From assembly GCA_965235115.1 (NCBI GenBank), contig OZ249440.1, forward strand, positions 34,288,001-34,352,000: 64,000 bases of DNA, read 5' to 3'. The position numbers and the translations under genes were made by a program. The stretch is from Laetmonice hystrix. Taxonomy: Eukaryota. The notes under the pieces were generated by a model. That model was not told the DNA's origin. It saw only the letters and a list, made by a program, of their open reading frames with translations, and searched no databases. Positions 13,288 to 25,437 of the stretch are shown in pieces (positions within the stretch are counted from its first letter, which is position 1; the number at the start of each line of letters is the position of its first letter).

Positions 13288-13689
13288 TCATTCCCGGGTG
13301 ATTTATTGTTTTGAAAGGTTTTCAAAACAGTCTTAGCCTCCTCTGCAGTTATTTCTCCCTCACAGCTTTCTTTCTGTTCTGGCAATAATCTAGGTAGTGA
13401 AACTGGGTTTACAAAATTATTGGACACCTCATCTAGATCTAAACTTATTTTCTCCTGATAAAGGTCTTCGTAAAATCCCTTTTCCTCACACAAAATAGAC
13501 TTGGGATCTGTTATGTATTTCCCTGGTAAAACTTCTAATTTCCGAATATGTTTCTTGATGGAATTCCTCCTTTCTAAGTTTATAAAATATTTGGTGTTCC
13601 TTTCCCCCTCTTCATGCCATTTTGCTTTTGCCCTCAGTAGGGTTCCTCTCGCCTTTTCTGTGCTCATTTTTTCAATCTCTTTCTTTATT
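13288..13689 (-). pseudogene. L1/Tx1 ORF2 endonuclease-RT linker
   Basis: KARGTLLRAKAKWHEEGERNTKYF...FYEDLY...KSPGN, typical of Tx1/L1 ORF2. Confidence 0.9.
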
Positions 13690-14414
13690 ATCCCATCCCC
13701 CCTGAAGGGGATGGGATCTTGAAGTTGTATGGTTTCATCTTCCCTATTATTATTATACATGTAGGGTGTAGTAGTAGTAGTAGTCGTTAACCCATGGTCG
13801 TATTTTGGTCATTTTTTAAGATATCTTAATGAAACTTGGTGGGGAGATAGGTACTGGGATTCTCTACTATGCAAATGAGTTATGACGTCATATGACGTAA
13901 CGTCATGGAGTTATGACGTACTAATGGTTCCATATATAAAGGCCAATATTTCATTGAAAATGAAGATTTTTTTTAAACAACTCATACCATTGTTATTGGG
14001 ACATGATCCCCTAAATTTTGTTTGGTCAATTTGACCTTTGACCTTTGACCTATATGACACTAAGGTCAAAATGTTGCAGTTACTTAAATCCCTACTAGTC
14101 CCACAAATTTTGAAGAAATTCCATAAAACTGAACTCAAGCAAGGACATTAGTGGCCTCAGTACAGGAACGTTTTGAGATGAGCGATTTGACCTATATTAA
14201 GGGAGTCACGTGACCTCAAAGATGAGTAAAATTGCAAGAAAGGAGTATTACTCAATTTACAAGCTAAAAAAGCCTGATATCATTCACCATTTGTAGGTAC
14301 TACTCACAAAAGTACGATGGCCCAAAATTACAATTTGTGGTACAGACTACTAAAATGCTTTCTTCACGGGTAACAACTGAAAATAGAGTGAAGGTGATAT
14401 CTTTCGGAATTTTA

Positions 14415-17250
14415 CCATTGGGTTCAGGATTTGACCGATTTCCCACGAATTTGAAAAATCCAAGATGGCGGCCAAGTTGACCTAATTTCCGATTTCAGCA
14501 CCATTGGATTGGGTAATAGGTCAACTGTCTCTGACTCCGAGATGGCTCCCCTAAATTCAGTAGTTTCTATGTTATGGGCCCTCAAAGTTGGCCCTTTTGG
14601 GTCATTTTCAACTAAAAATCAGTGATATCTCGAAAACGGTTAAAGATATCAATGTCTGGTTTTCACCATTAGGTTTAGGATGAAAACCTTGACCCATTTC
14701 CACCGAATTTGAAAAATCCAAGATGGCGGCCAAGTTGACCTAATTTCCGATTTCAGCACCATTGGATTGCATAATAGGTCAACTGTCTCTGACTCCGAGA
14801 TGGCCTCCCTAAATTCAGTAGTTTTCATGTTATGGCCCCTCAAAGTTGGCCCTTTTAGGTCATTTTCAACCAAAAATCAGTGATATCTCGAAAACCGTTA
14901 AAGATATCAATGTCTGGTTTTCACTATTAGGTTTAGGATGAAAAACATGACCCATTTTTCCTGAATTTAAAAAATCCAAGATGGCGGCCAAGTTGACCTA
15001 ATTTCCGATTTCAGCACCATTGGATTGCATAATAGGTCAACTGTCTCTGACTCCGAGATGGCTCCCCTAAATTCAGTAGTTTCCATGTTATGGCCCCTCA
15101 AAGTTGGCCCTTTTAGGTCATTTTCAACCAAAAATCAGTGATATCTCGAAAACGGCTAAAGATATCAATGTCTGATTTGCACCATTAGGTTTAGGATGAA
15201 AAACATGACCCATTTTTCCTGAATTTAAAAAATCCAAGATGGCGGCCAAGTTGACCTAATTTCCGATTTCAGCACCATTGGATTGCATAATAGGTCAACT
15301 GTCTCTGACTCCGAGATGGCCCCCCTAAATTCAGTAGTTTCCATGTTATGGCCCCTCAAAGTTGGCCCTTTTGGGTCATTTTCAACCAGAAATCCGTGAT
15401 ATCTCGAAAACGGTTAAAGATATCAATGTCTGGTTTTCACCATTGGGTTTAGGATGAAAGACGTGACCCATTTTCCCCTAAATTTGAAAAATCCAACATG
15501 GCGGCCAAGTTGACCTAATTTCCGATTTCTGCATCATTGAATTGGGTAATACGTCAACTGTCTCTGACACTGACATGGGTCCCCTAAATTCAATAGTTTC
15601 CATGTGATGGTCCCTCAAAGTTGGCCCTTTTAGGGTATTTTCAACCAAAATCAGTGATATCTCGAAAACCGTTAAAGATATCAATGTCTGGTTTTCACTA
15701 TTAGGTTTAGGATGAAAAACTTGACCCATTTTCCCCAAATTTGAAAAATCCAAGATGGCGGCCAAGTTGACCTAATTTCCGATTTCAGCACCATTGGATT
15801 GGGTAATAGGTCAACTGTCTCTGACTCCGAGATGGCTCCCCTAAATTCAGTAGTTTCTATGTTATGGGCCCTCAAAGTTGGCCCTTTTGGGTCATTTTCA
15901 ACTAAAAATCAGTGATATCTCGAAAACGGTTAAAGATATCAATGTCTGGTTTTCACCATTAGGTTTAGGATGAAAACCTTGACCCATTTCCACCGAATTT
16001 GAAAAATCCAAGATGGCGGCCAAGTTGACCTAATTTCCGATTTCAGCACCATTGGATTGCATAATAGGTCAACTGTCTCTGACTCCGAGATGGCCCCCCT
16101 AAATTCAGTAGTTTTCATGTTATGGCCCCTCAAAGTTGGCCCTTTTAGGTCATTTTCAACCAAAAATCAGTGATATCTCGAAAACCGTTAAAGATATCAA
16201 TGTCTGGTTTTCACTATTAGGTTTAGGATGAAAAACATGACCCATTTTTCCTGAATTTAAAAAATCCAAGATGGCGGCCAAGTTGACCTAATTTCCGATT
16301 TCAGCACCATTGGATTGCATAATAGGTCAACTGTCTCTGACTCCGAGATGGCTCCCCTAAATTCAGTAGTTTCCATGTTATGGCCCCTCAAAGTTGGCCC
16401 TTTTAGGTCATTTTCAACCAAAAATCAGTGATATCTCGAAAACGGCTAAAGATATCAATGTCTGATTTGCACCATTAGGTTTAGGATGAAAAACATGACC
16501 CATTTTTCCTGAATTTAAAAAATCCAAGATGGCGGCCAAGTTGACCTAATTTCCGATTTCAGCACCATTGGATTGCATAATAGGTCAACTGTCTCTGACT
16601 CCGAGATGGCCCCCCTAAATTCAGTAGTTTCCATGTTATGGCCCCTCAAAGTTGGCCCTTTTGGGTCATTTTCAACCAGAAATCCGTGATATCTCGAAAA
16701 CGGTTAAAGATATCAATGTCTGGTTTTCACCATTGGGTTTAGGATGAAAGACGTGACCCATTTTCCCCTAAATTTGAAAAATCCAACATGGCGGCCAAGT
16801 TGACCTAATTTCCGATTTCTGCATCATTGAATTGGGTAATACGTCAACTGTCTCTGACACTGACATGGGTCCAAATTCAATAGTTTCCATGTGATGGTCC
16901 CTCAAAGTTGGCCCTTTTAGGGTATTTTCAACCAAAATCAGTGATATCTCGAAAACCGTTAAAGATATCAATGTCTGGTTTTCAGCATTAGGTTTAAGAT
17001 GAAAAACTTGACCCATTTTCCCCGAATTTGAAAAATCCAAGATGGCGGCCAAGTTGACCTAATTTCCGATTTCAGCACCATTGGATTGCATAATAGGTCA
17101 ACTGTCTCTGACTCCGAGATGGCCCCCCTAGATTCAGTAGTTTTCATGTTATGGCCCCTCAAAGTTGGCCCTTTTAGGTCATTTTCAACTAAAAATCAGT
17201 GATATCTCGAAAACGGTTAAAGATATCAATGTTTGGTTTTGACCATTGGG
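14415..17250. repeat. 258-bp satellite array (about 11 units) with 5-mer higher-order repeat
   Basis: caagatggcggccaagttgacc at 14461, 14719 and onward with period 258; diagnostic variants recur at a 1290-bp spacing. Confidence 0.95.
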
Positions 17251-17878
17251 TTTATGAGGAAGTCATACATCTTTGGTTTGACACGATTATTTTTTAGGTC
17301 ACATGACCTATGACGGCATAAAGATTTCAATATTATCTCAGAACTATAAATGGTAAATGGTTGAATTTAGAGGCATAGCTGCTATTGATGTCAAATAGGA
17401 AGTCATATATATGCTCTTTCATTTCGCACAATATTATTTTAGGTCACGTGAGCGATGATGTCATAATGATGTCATCGATATTTTCTCAGGGCTATAACTT
17501 GTAAATGGTTCAAGTTAGAGCCATAGTTACTATTAAACACTAATAGGAAATCATACATTCTCTTTCGTTTGACACCACTATAATTCAGGTCACGTGAACT
17601 ATGACGTCATAATGGTGCTATCTATATTTTCTCAGGGTTATAACTTGTAACTGGTGGAAGATAGAGTCAGTAATGGGACATATGACGTCATAATGATGTC
17701 ATTGCCATCTTCTAAGGCTCATAACTCAGAAACGATGCAAGATAAAGCCCTACTTCTTAAAAGGAAAAGAAAGGATACATAGCAAATGACATAAAAAGGG
17801 CCTTGCTACATAGGCTATGTAAATATGCAGGCCTATCCTTCCTAGAGGGGATGGGATCTCATGTGGCCCCTGCCACAT

Positions 17879-18950
17879 CGTCAACCGAGAATTAACAGGG
17901 TCTATCTAACATTTCATTCAAATTTGATTTTTTTTCATCAAACCTTCTCAATTTTAACAAGGTCTATCTTAGCGATCGATGGCGCCCTCTAGTGTACCTT
18001 GAATGGGTTGATCTCACTTCCAAGAAGGTCTATGGTAAGTTTTAGAATGTTCAGTTGAGTATTACCAAGGTCTATCTACAAATAAACCAATCAGCAGGCC
18101 AGGAAGTTGGTCACATGATCCGAAATTCAGATAGACCAAGTTAATACTAAATCATGCACAATGTCTGTTTAGGGCAAACACTAGAAGTATTAGGATACAA
18201 ATAAAGCAGATAGACCCAGGCAATATTAACCGTTTAGGCCTGTACTTATACACATTGGAATACACTATAGGGGCCTACTATAGCATAGGACCTATGCAAA
18301 CTTTCCTAAGTTGGTAACTATGACTATGTCAGGGTGCAGACCTGGGATCGGGGGGGGGGGGTAAAAATAAGGGTGTCTCCCCTTATTTTTGGAAAAGTTA
18401 TTGAGCTAACTTGTCACTACATGAAGTATTTTGTATGTCTGGTCCATACTGTAAACTCTGGTTGGGGGCATTGCAACTTTCCAGGAGGCAGGACTGCATT
18501 TTTCATTGAAATTACCATTAAAATGACAGGGCTACCATCTAAAATGTGGCAATGCCTCCAATCACAGCCTGCAAACATATACTTAGAGACATGGAAATCA
18601 TACTTTAGAAGTCTTAGGTTGGTGCAATCTTTTATATTGAAGTTCAGAATTTTGTTGCACTTTTTAAAAACAAAAAATGTGCAGATAGACCCGTGTGAAT
18701 CTGGTTTTACTCTCAAGTCATGTGTTATAAAGGTCTATCTGCAAAATTGCTATCCCATAATTCCATGTAGAAGGCCAACAGAGGAAATTAAGTAAGCTTA
18801 TTTCATTTAACTGTTATATATACCTGTCACGTAGAAGAAAATATCAAAATAAATTTTATGAGATAGCGGCAATTCGACTTTGAATTTTCAATTTCATTTT
18901 TCTCAAAACTTAAAAAAGTGCAGTTGGACCCTGTTAATTCTCGGTTGACG
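17879..18950. mobile_element. Non-autonomous DNA transposon with 4-bp TSD
   Basis: TIRs cgtcaaccgagaattaacagggtc and gaccctgttaattctcggttgacg; TSD acat (17875-17878 and 18951-18954); internal ggtctat repeats. Confidence 0.85.
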
Positions 18951-19629
18951 ACATGGCGTCTAGTTATACATGTAGGGTGTAGTAGTAGTAGTAGTAGTCG
19001 TTAACCCATGGTCGTATTTTGGTCATTTTTTAAGATATCTTAATGAAACTTGGTGGGGAGATAGGTACTGGGATTCTCTACTATGCAAATGAGTTATGAC
19101 GTCATATGACGTAACGTCATGGAGTTATGACGTACTAATGGTTCCATATATAAAGGCCAATATTTCATTGAAAATGAAGATTTTTTTTAAACAACTCATA
19201 CCATTGTTATTGGGACATGATCCCCTAAATTTTGTTTGGTCAATTTGACCTTTGACCTTTGACCTATATGACACTAAGGTCAAAATGTTGCAGTTACTTA
19301 AATCCCTACTAGTCCCACAAATTTTGAAGAAATTCCATAAAACTGAACTCAAGCAAGGACATTAGTGGCCTCAGTACAGGAACGTTTTGGGATGAGCGAT
19401 TTGACCTATATTAAGGGAGTCACGTGACCTCAAAGATGAGTAAAATTGCAAGAAAGGAGTATTACTCAATTTACAAGCTAAAAAAGCCTGATATCATTGA
19501 CCATTTGTAGGTACTACTCACAAAAGTACGATGGCCCAAAATTACAATTTGTGGTACAGACTACTAAAATGCTTTCTTCACGGGTAACAACTGAAAATAG
19601 AGTGAAGGTGATATCTTTCGGAATTTTAC

Positions 19630-22600
19630 CATTGGGTTCAGGATTTGACCGATTTCCCACGAATTTGAAAAATCCAAGATGGCGGCCAAGTTGACCTAAT
19701 TTCCGATTTCAGCACCATTGGATTGGGTAATAGGTCAACTGTCTCTGACTCCGAGATGGCTCCCCTAAATTCAGTAGTTTCTATGTTATGGGCCCTCAAA
19801 GTTGGCCCTTTTGGGTCATTTTCAACTAAAAATCAGTGATATCTCGAAAACGGTTAAAGATATCAATGTCTGGTTTTCACCATTAGGTTTAGGATGAAAA
19901 CCTTGACCCATTTCCACCGAATTTGAAAAATCCAAGATGGCGGCCAAGTTGACCTAATTTCCGATTTCAGCACCATTGGATTGCATAATAGGTCAACTGT
20001 CTCTGACTCCGAGATGGCCCCCCTAAATTCAGTAGTTTTCATGTTATGGCCCCTCAAAGTTGGCCCTTTTAGGTCATTTTCAACCAAAAATCAGTGATAT
20101 CTCGAAAACCGTTAAAGATATCAATGTCTGGTTTTCACTATTAGGTTTAGGATGAAAAACATGACCCATTTTTCCTGAATTTAAAAAATCCAAGATGGCG
20201 GCCAAGTTGACCTAATTTCCGATTTCAGCACCATTGGATTGCATAATAGGTCAACTGTCTCTGACTCCGAGATGGCTCCCCTAAATTCAGTAGTTTCCAT
20301 GTTATGGCCCCTCAAAGTTGGCCCTTTTAGGTCATTTTCAACCAAAAATCAGTGATATCTCGAAAACGGCTAAAGATATCAATGTCTGATTTGCACCATT
20401 AGGTTTAGGATGAAAAACATGACCCATTTTTCCTGAATTTAAAAAATCCAAGATGGCGGCCAAGTTGACCTAATTTCCGATTTCAGCACCATTGGATTGC
20501 ATAATAGGTCAACTGTCTCTGACTCCGAGATGGCCCCCCTAAATTCAGTAGTTTCCATGTTATGGCCCCTCAAAGTTGGCCCTTTTGGGTCATTTTCAAC
20601 CAGAAATCCGTGATATCTCGAAAACGGTTAAAGATATCAATGTCTGGTTTTCACCATTGGGTTTAGGATGAAAGACGTGACCCATTTTCCCCTAAATTTG
20701 AAAAATCCAACATGGCGGCCAAGTTGACCTAATTTCCGATTTCTGCATCATTGAATTGGGTAATACGTCAACTGTCTCTGACACTGACATGGGTCCCCTA
20801 AATTCAATAGTTTCCATGTGATGGTCCCTCAAAGTTGGCCCTTTTAGGGTATTTTCAACCAAAATCAGTGATATCTCGAAAACCGTTAAAGATATCAATG
20901 TCTGGTTTTCACTATTAGGTTTAGGATGAAAAACTTGACCCATTTTCCCCAAATTTGAAAAATCCAAGATGGCGGCCAAGTTGACCTAATTTCCGATTTC
21001 AGCACCATTGGATTGGGTAATAGGTCAACTGTCTCTGACTCCGAGATGGCTCCCCTAAATTCAGTAGTTTCTATGTTATGGGCCCTCAAAGTTGGCCCTT
21101 TTGGGTCATTTTCAACTAAAAATCAGTGATATCTCGAAAACGGTTAAAGATATCAATGTCTGGTTTTCACCATTAGGTTTAGGATGAAAACCTTGACCCA
21201 TTTCCACCGAATTTGAAAAATCCAAGATGGCGGCCAAGTTGACCTAATTTCCGATTTCAGCACCATTGGATTGCATAATAGGTCAACTGTCTCTGACTCC
21301 GAGATGGCTCCCCTAAATTCAGTAGTTTCCATGTTATGGCCCCTCAAAGTTGGCCCTTTTAGGTCATTTTCAACCAAAAATCAGTGATATCTCGAAAACG
21401 GCTAAAGATATCAATGTCTGATTTGCACCATTAGGTTTAGGATGAAAAACATGACCCATTTTTCCTGAATTTAAAAACTCCAAGATGGCGGCCAAGTTGA
21501 CCTAATTTCCGATTTCAGCACCATTGGATTGCATAATAGGTCAACTGTCTCTGACTCCGAGATGGCCCCCCTAAATTCAGTAGTTTCCATGTTATGGCCC
21601 CTCAAAGTTGGCCCTTTTGGGTAAATCAGTGATATCTCGAAAACCGTTAAAGATATCAATGTCTGGTTTTCACTATTAGGTTTAGGATGAAAAACATGAC
21701 CCATTTTTCCTGAATTTAAAAAATCCAAGATGGCGGCCAAGTTGACCTAATTTCCGATTTCAGCACCATTGGATTGCATAATAGGTCAACTGTCTCTGAC
21801 TCCGAGATGGCTCCCCTAAATTCAGTAGTTTCCATGTTATGGCCCCTCAAAGTTGGCCCTTTTAGGTCATTTTCAACCAAAAATCAGTGATATCTCGAAA
21901 ACGGCTAAAGATATCAATGTCTGATTTGCACCATTAGGTTTAGGATGAAAAACATGACCCATTTTTCCTGAATGTAAAAAATCCAAGATGGCGGCCAAGT
22001 TGACCTAATTTCCGATTTCAGCACCATTGGATTGCATAATAGGTCAACTGTCTCTGACTCCGAGATGGCCCCCCTAAATTCAGTAGTTTCCATGTTATGG
22101 CCCCTCAAAGTTGGCCCTTTTAGGGTATTTTCAACCAAAATCAGTGATATCTCGAAAACCGTTAAAGATATCAATGTCTGGTTTTCAGCATTAGGTTTAA
22201 GATGAAAAACTTGACCCATTTTCCCCGAATTTGAAAAATCCAAGATGGCGGCCAAGTTGACCTAATTTCCGATTTCAGCACCATTGGATTGCATAATAGG
22301 TCAACTGTCTCTGACTCCGAGATGGCCCCCCTAGATTCAGTAGTTTTCATTTTATGGCCCCTCAAAGTTGGCCCTTTTAGGTCATTTTCAACCAAAAATC
22401 AGTGATATCTCGAAAACGGCTAAGGATATCGATAGACAGGTTCTGCTATCCCGTTCCGTCTCCGGCTCCGGGATCGGCTATGCCGATCTCGGCGCCGGAG
22501 ACGGAACGTCGTATTTTGGTTCTGCTACGCCGGCGCCGCCGCGTAATAGGAAGTCAATTTTTTTTAAACTCAGGTCTACCATTCTGGCCGGTGGACCACG

Positions 22601-23975
22601 CATCTCGAATCGCCGTCATAATGGCGGTCGGGAAAAAAAACCCGCGAACATGGCCGCATACCTCGAAAACTTTACAACCTAGCTTTCACCAAACTTTCAG
22701 AGAATAGAGAGACACATGTTTTTAGTCGATATTGCAAATTTCATAAGAATCGGTTCAGTAATTACATTTCTGTCGATGGTAATTTGAACCCCTATCTGGG
22801 TCCTATCCTTTAACATTGTGTCGCCCTGCGATCGCCATGCGATGACACGGCCTAGCTGCAGTGAATGCAAAATAGCACATCACTTTATGACCAAAATAGT
22901 TGAAAATACCACGAGATAATTGTGCTGACAGCCGATTCACTAAAGTCTTCAAATATTAATCCAACTACTTGACACTTCAAATCCATTGTATCAACTCATG
23001 GAAAGAAGAAATCGAGGAAAACCCTACGCCGTTAGACACTTACGGGACAGAGCCGATCTGTCTCGGGACCCGGGAACGGCTCAGCTTCAAATACGCGCGT
23101 CTCGATGACGTCACGGTATTTTCTGATGACGCGATGCTGTGCTAAGCCGGAGCCGGAGACGGAACCGGGATAGCAGAACCTCTCTAATGTCTGGTTTGCA
23201 CCATAGGGTTTAGGATGAAAAACATGACCCATTTTCCCTGAATTTGAAAAATCCAAGATGGCGGCCAAGTTGACCTAATTTCCGATTTCATCACCATTGG
23301 ATTCCATAATAGGTCAACTGTCTCTGACTCCGAGATGGCTCCCCTAAATTCCGTAGTTTCCATGTTATGGCCCCTCAAAGTTGGCCCTTTTGGGTCATTT
23401 TCAACCAGAAATCAGTGATATCTCGAAAACGGTTAAAGATATCAATGTCTGGTTTTCACCATTGGGTTTAGGATGAAAAACTTGACCCATTTTCCCCGAA
23501 TTTGAAAAATCCAAGATGGCGGCCAAGTTGACCTAATTTCCGATTTCTGCATCATTGAATTGGGTAATACGTCAACTGTCTCTGACTCCGAGATGGCTCC
23601 CTTAAATTCAGTAGTTTCCATGTTATGGGCCCTCAAAGTTGGCCCTTTTGGGTCATTTTCAACCAAAAATCAGTGATATCTCGAAAACGGTTAAAGATAT
23701 CAATGTCTGGTTTGCACCATAGGGTTTAGGATGAAAAACATGACCCATTTTCCCCGAATTTGAAAAACCTAAGATGGCGGCCAAGTTGACCTAATTTCCG
23801 ATTTCAGCACCATTCGATTGCATAATAGGTCAACTGTCTCTGACTCCGAGATGGCTCCCCTAAATTCAGTAGTTTCCATGTTATGGCCCCTCAAAGTTGG
23901 CCCTATTGGGTCATTTTCAACCAAAAATCAGTGATTTTTCGAAAACGGTTAAAGATATCAATGTTTGGTTTTGAC
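19630..23975. repeat. Second 258-bp satellite array (about 14 units, interrupted)
   Basis: Same monomer as 14415-17250; one shortened unit near 21620 and an insertion at 22434-23185. Confidence 0.95.
22434..23185. mobile_element. MITE with long TIRs and about 3-bp TSD inside a satellite monomer
   Basis: agacaggttctgctatccc-gttccgtctccggctccgg pairs with ccggagccggagacggaaccgggatagcagaacctctct; flanks gat and aat within gatatcaatgtctgg. Confidence 0.8.
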
Positions 23976-24640
23976 CATTGGGTTTATGAGGAAGTCATAC
24001 ATCTTTGGTTTGACACGATTATTTTTTAGGTCACATGACCTATGACGGCATAAAGATTTCAATATTATCTCAGGACTATAAATGGTAAATGGTTGAATTT
24101 AGAGGCATAGCTGCTATTGATGTCAAATAGGAAGTCATATATATGCTCTTTCATTTCGCACAATATTATTTTAGGTCACGTGAGCGATGATGTCATAATG
24201 ATGTCATCGATATTTTCTCAGGGCTATAACTTGTAAATGGTTCAAGTTAGAGCCATAGTTACTATTAATTAAACACTAATAGGAAATCATACATTCTCTT
24301 TCGTTTGACACCACTATAATTCAGGTCACGTGAACTATGACGTCATAATGGTGCTATCTATATTTTCTCAGGGTTATAACTTGTAACTGGTGGAAGATAG
24401 AGTCAGTAATGGGACATATGACGTCATAATGATGTCATTGCCATAATGATGTCATTGCCATCTTCTAAGGCTCATAACTCAGAAACGATGCAAGATAAAG
24501 CCCTACTTCTTAAAAGGAAAAGAAAGGATACATAGCAAATGACATAAAAAGGGCCTTGCTACATAGGCTATGTAAATATGCAGGCCTATCCTTCCTAGAG
24601 GGGATGGGATCTCATGTGGCCCCTGCCACATGGCGTCTAG

Positions 24641-25302
24641 TTTCGTCATATTCTACTAGGCTTTCTTCAGTTAAATTCTCCTCTAGTTCTTTCATCTTTT
24701 CTAATAATTCTTCCTCCTTTGACCTTTGTTTTTGAGCTCGTTGTTTTGAATATGTCCATGTTTCCTTCCTAATATTATATTTTATGTACTCCCAGGATTG
24801 TGTGATATCATCCCAATTCCTAGTTTCTTGTTTTAGGCGCCACAACATTTGTTTCATTTTATTAGTGCAAACAGTTACTGGATCTGCTATTAAGGTTGAA
24901 TTGAACTTCCAGTACCCCTTTCCCCTAGGTTGTACTCTTATCTGGTCTAATGAGAGAGTTATGGCTGAATGATCCGTGTATTTACCAGGAATTATACTCG
25001 CTGATTCTATACTATCATGTAAACTTTGGGAAATTAAAATAAAATCTAATCTACATTGTATAAGCGGTGTCTTCTGCCTCCATGTGTATCTTCCTAAATC
25101 GAGGTTTCTAATTCTCCAAATATCCTGCACTTCAAAGCGTTGTTTAATACTTACTATTTCTCTTAAAACCGAATCCTTCAAATTTGACCTGCCACCTTTT
25201 TTGTCTATTTGCTCCTGAACTATATTGAAATCTCCTCCTATTATAATGCTTGAGTCTGCTGTTACCCCCCATTTATCTAATAACCTACTCATATTTTGAA
25301 AG
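24641..25302 (-). pseudogene. L1/Tx1 ORF2 APE endonuclease, C-terminal half
   Basis: IIIGGDFN, DIWRIRN, YTWRQ, RLDFILIS, TDHSAI and GYWKFNSTL motifs. Confidence 0.9.
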
Positions 25303-25437
25303 GGCCGGTAGCTGGTGAAAGCATGTGAAAGCAGGGTACAGCGCTCTCTGAGTTGGGAGTCATTTTCACCATCAAAATGCTCAAGTACTGACGCCAAAAG
25401 TATGCAAACTGGTAGATAACACAACCAAGAATGGAAC

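Larger units (their letters stand above)
13690..24640 (+). mobile_element. Non-autonomous Helentron/HINE (DINE-1-like) element, tandem dimer with central satellite arrays
   Basis: 5' subTIR atcccatcccc with adjacent inverted copy ggggatgggat, then a (gta)n microsatellite, central 258-bp repeats, 3' subTIR ggggatgggat, hairpin atgtggcccctgccacat and a CTAG end. It sits in a T-run of host ORF2 (YDE|IKKE). A second unit starts at about 18966 (offset 5214). Confidence 0.85.

Noticed and set aside
14415..23975. Regular repeats as a CRISPR array, or the recurring 64-113 aa ORFs as a gene family
   Set aside because: The monomers are contiguous near-identical 258-bp units with no unique spacers and no cas genes; the ORFs are by-products of the satellite.
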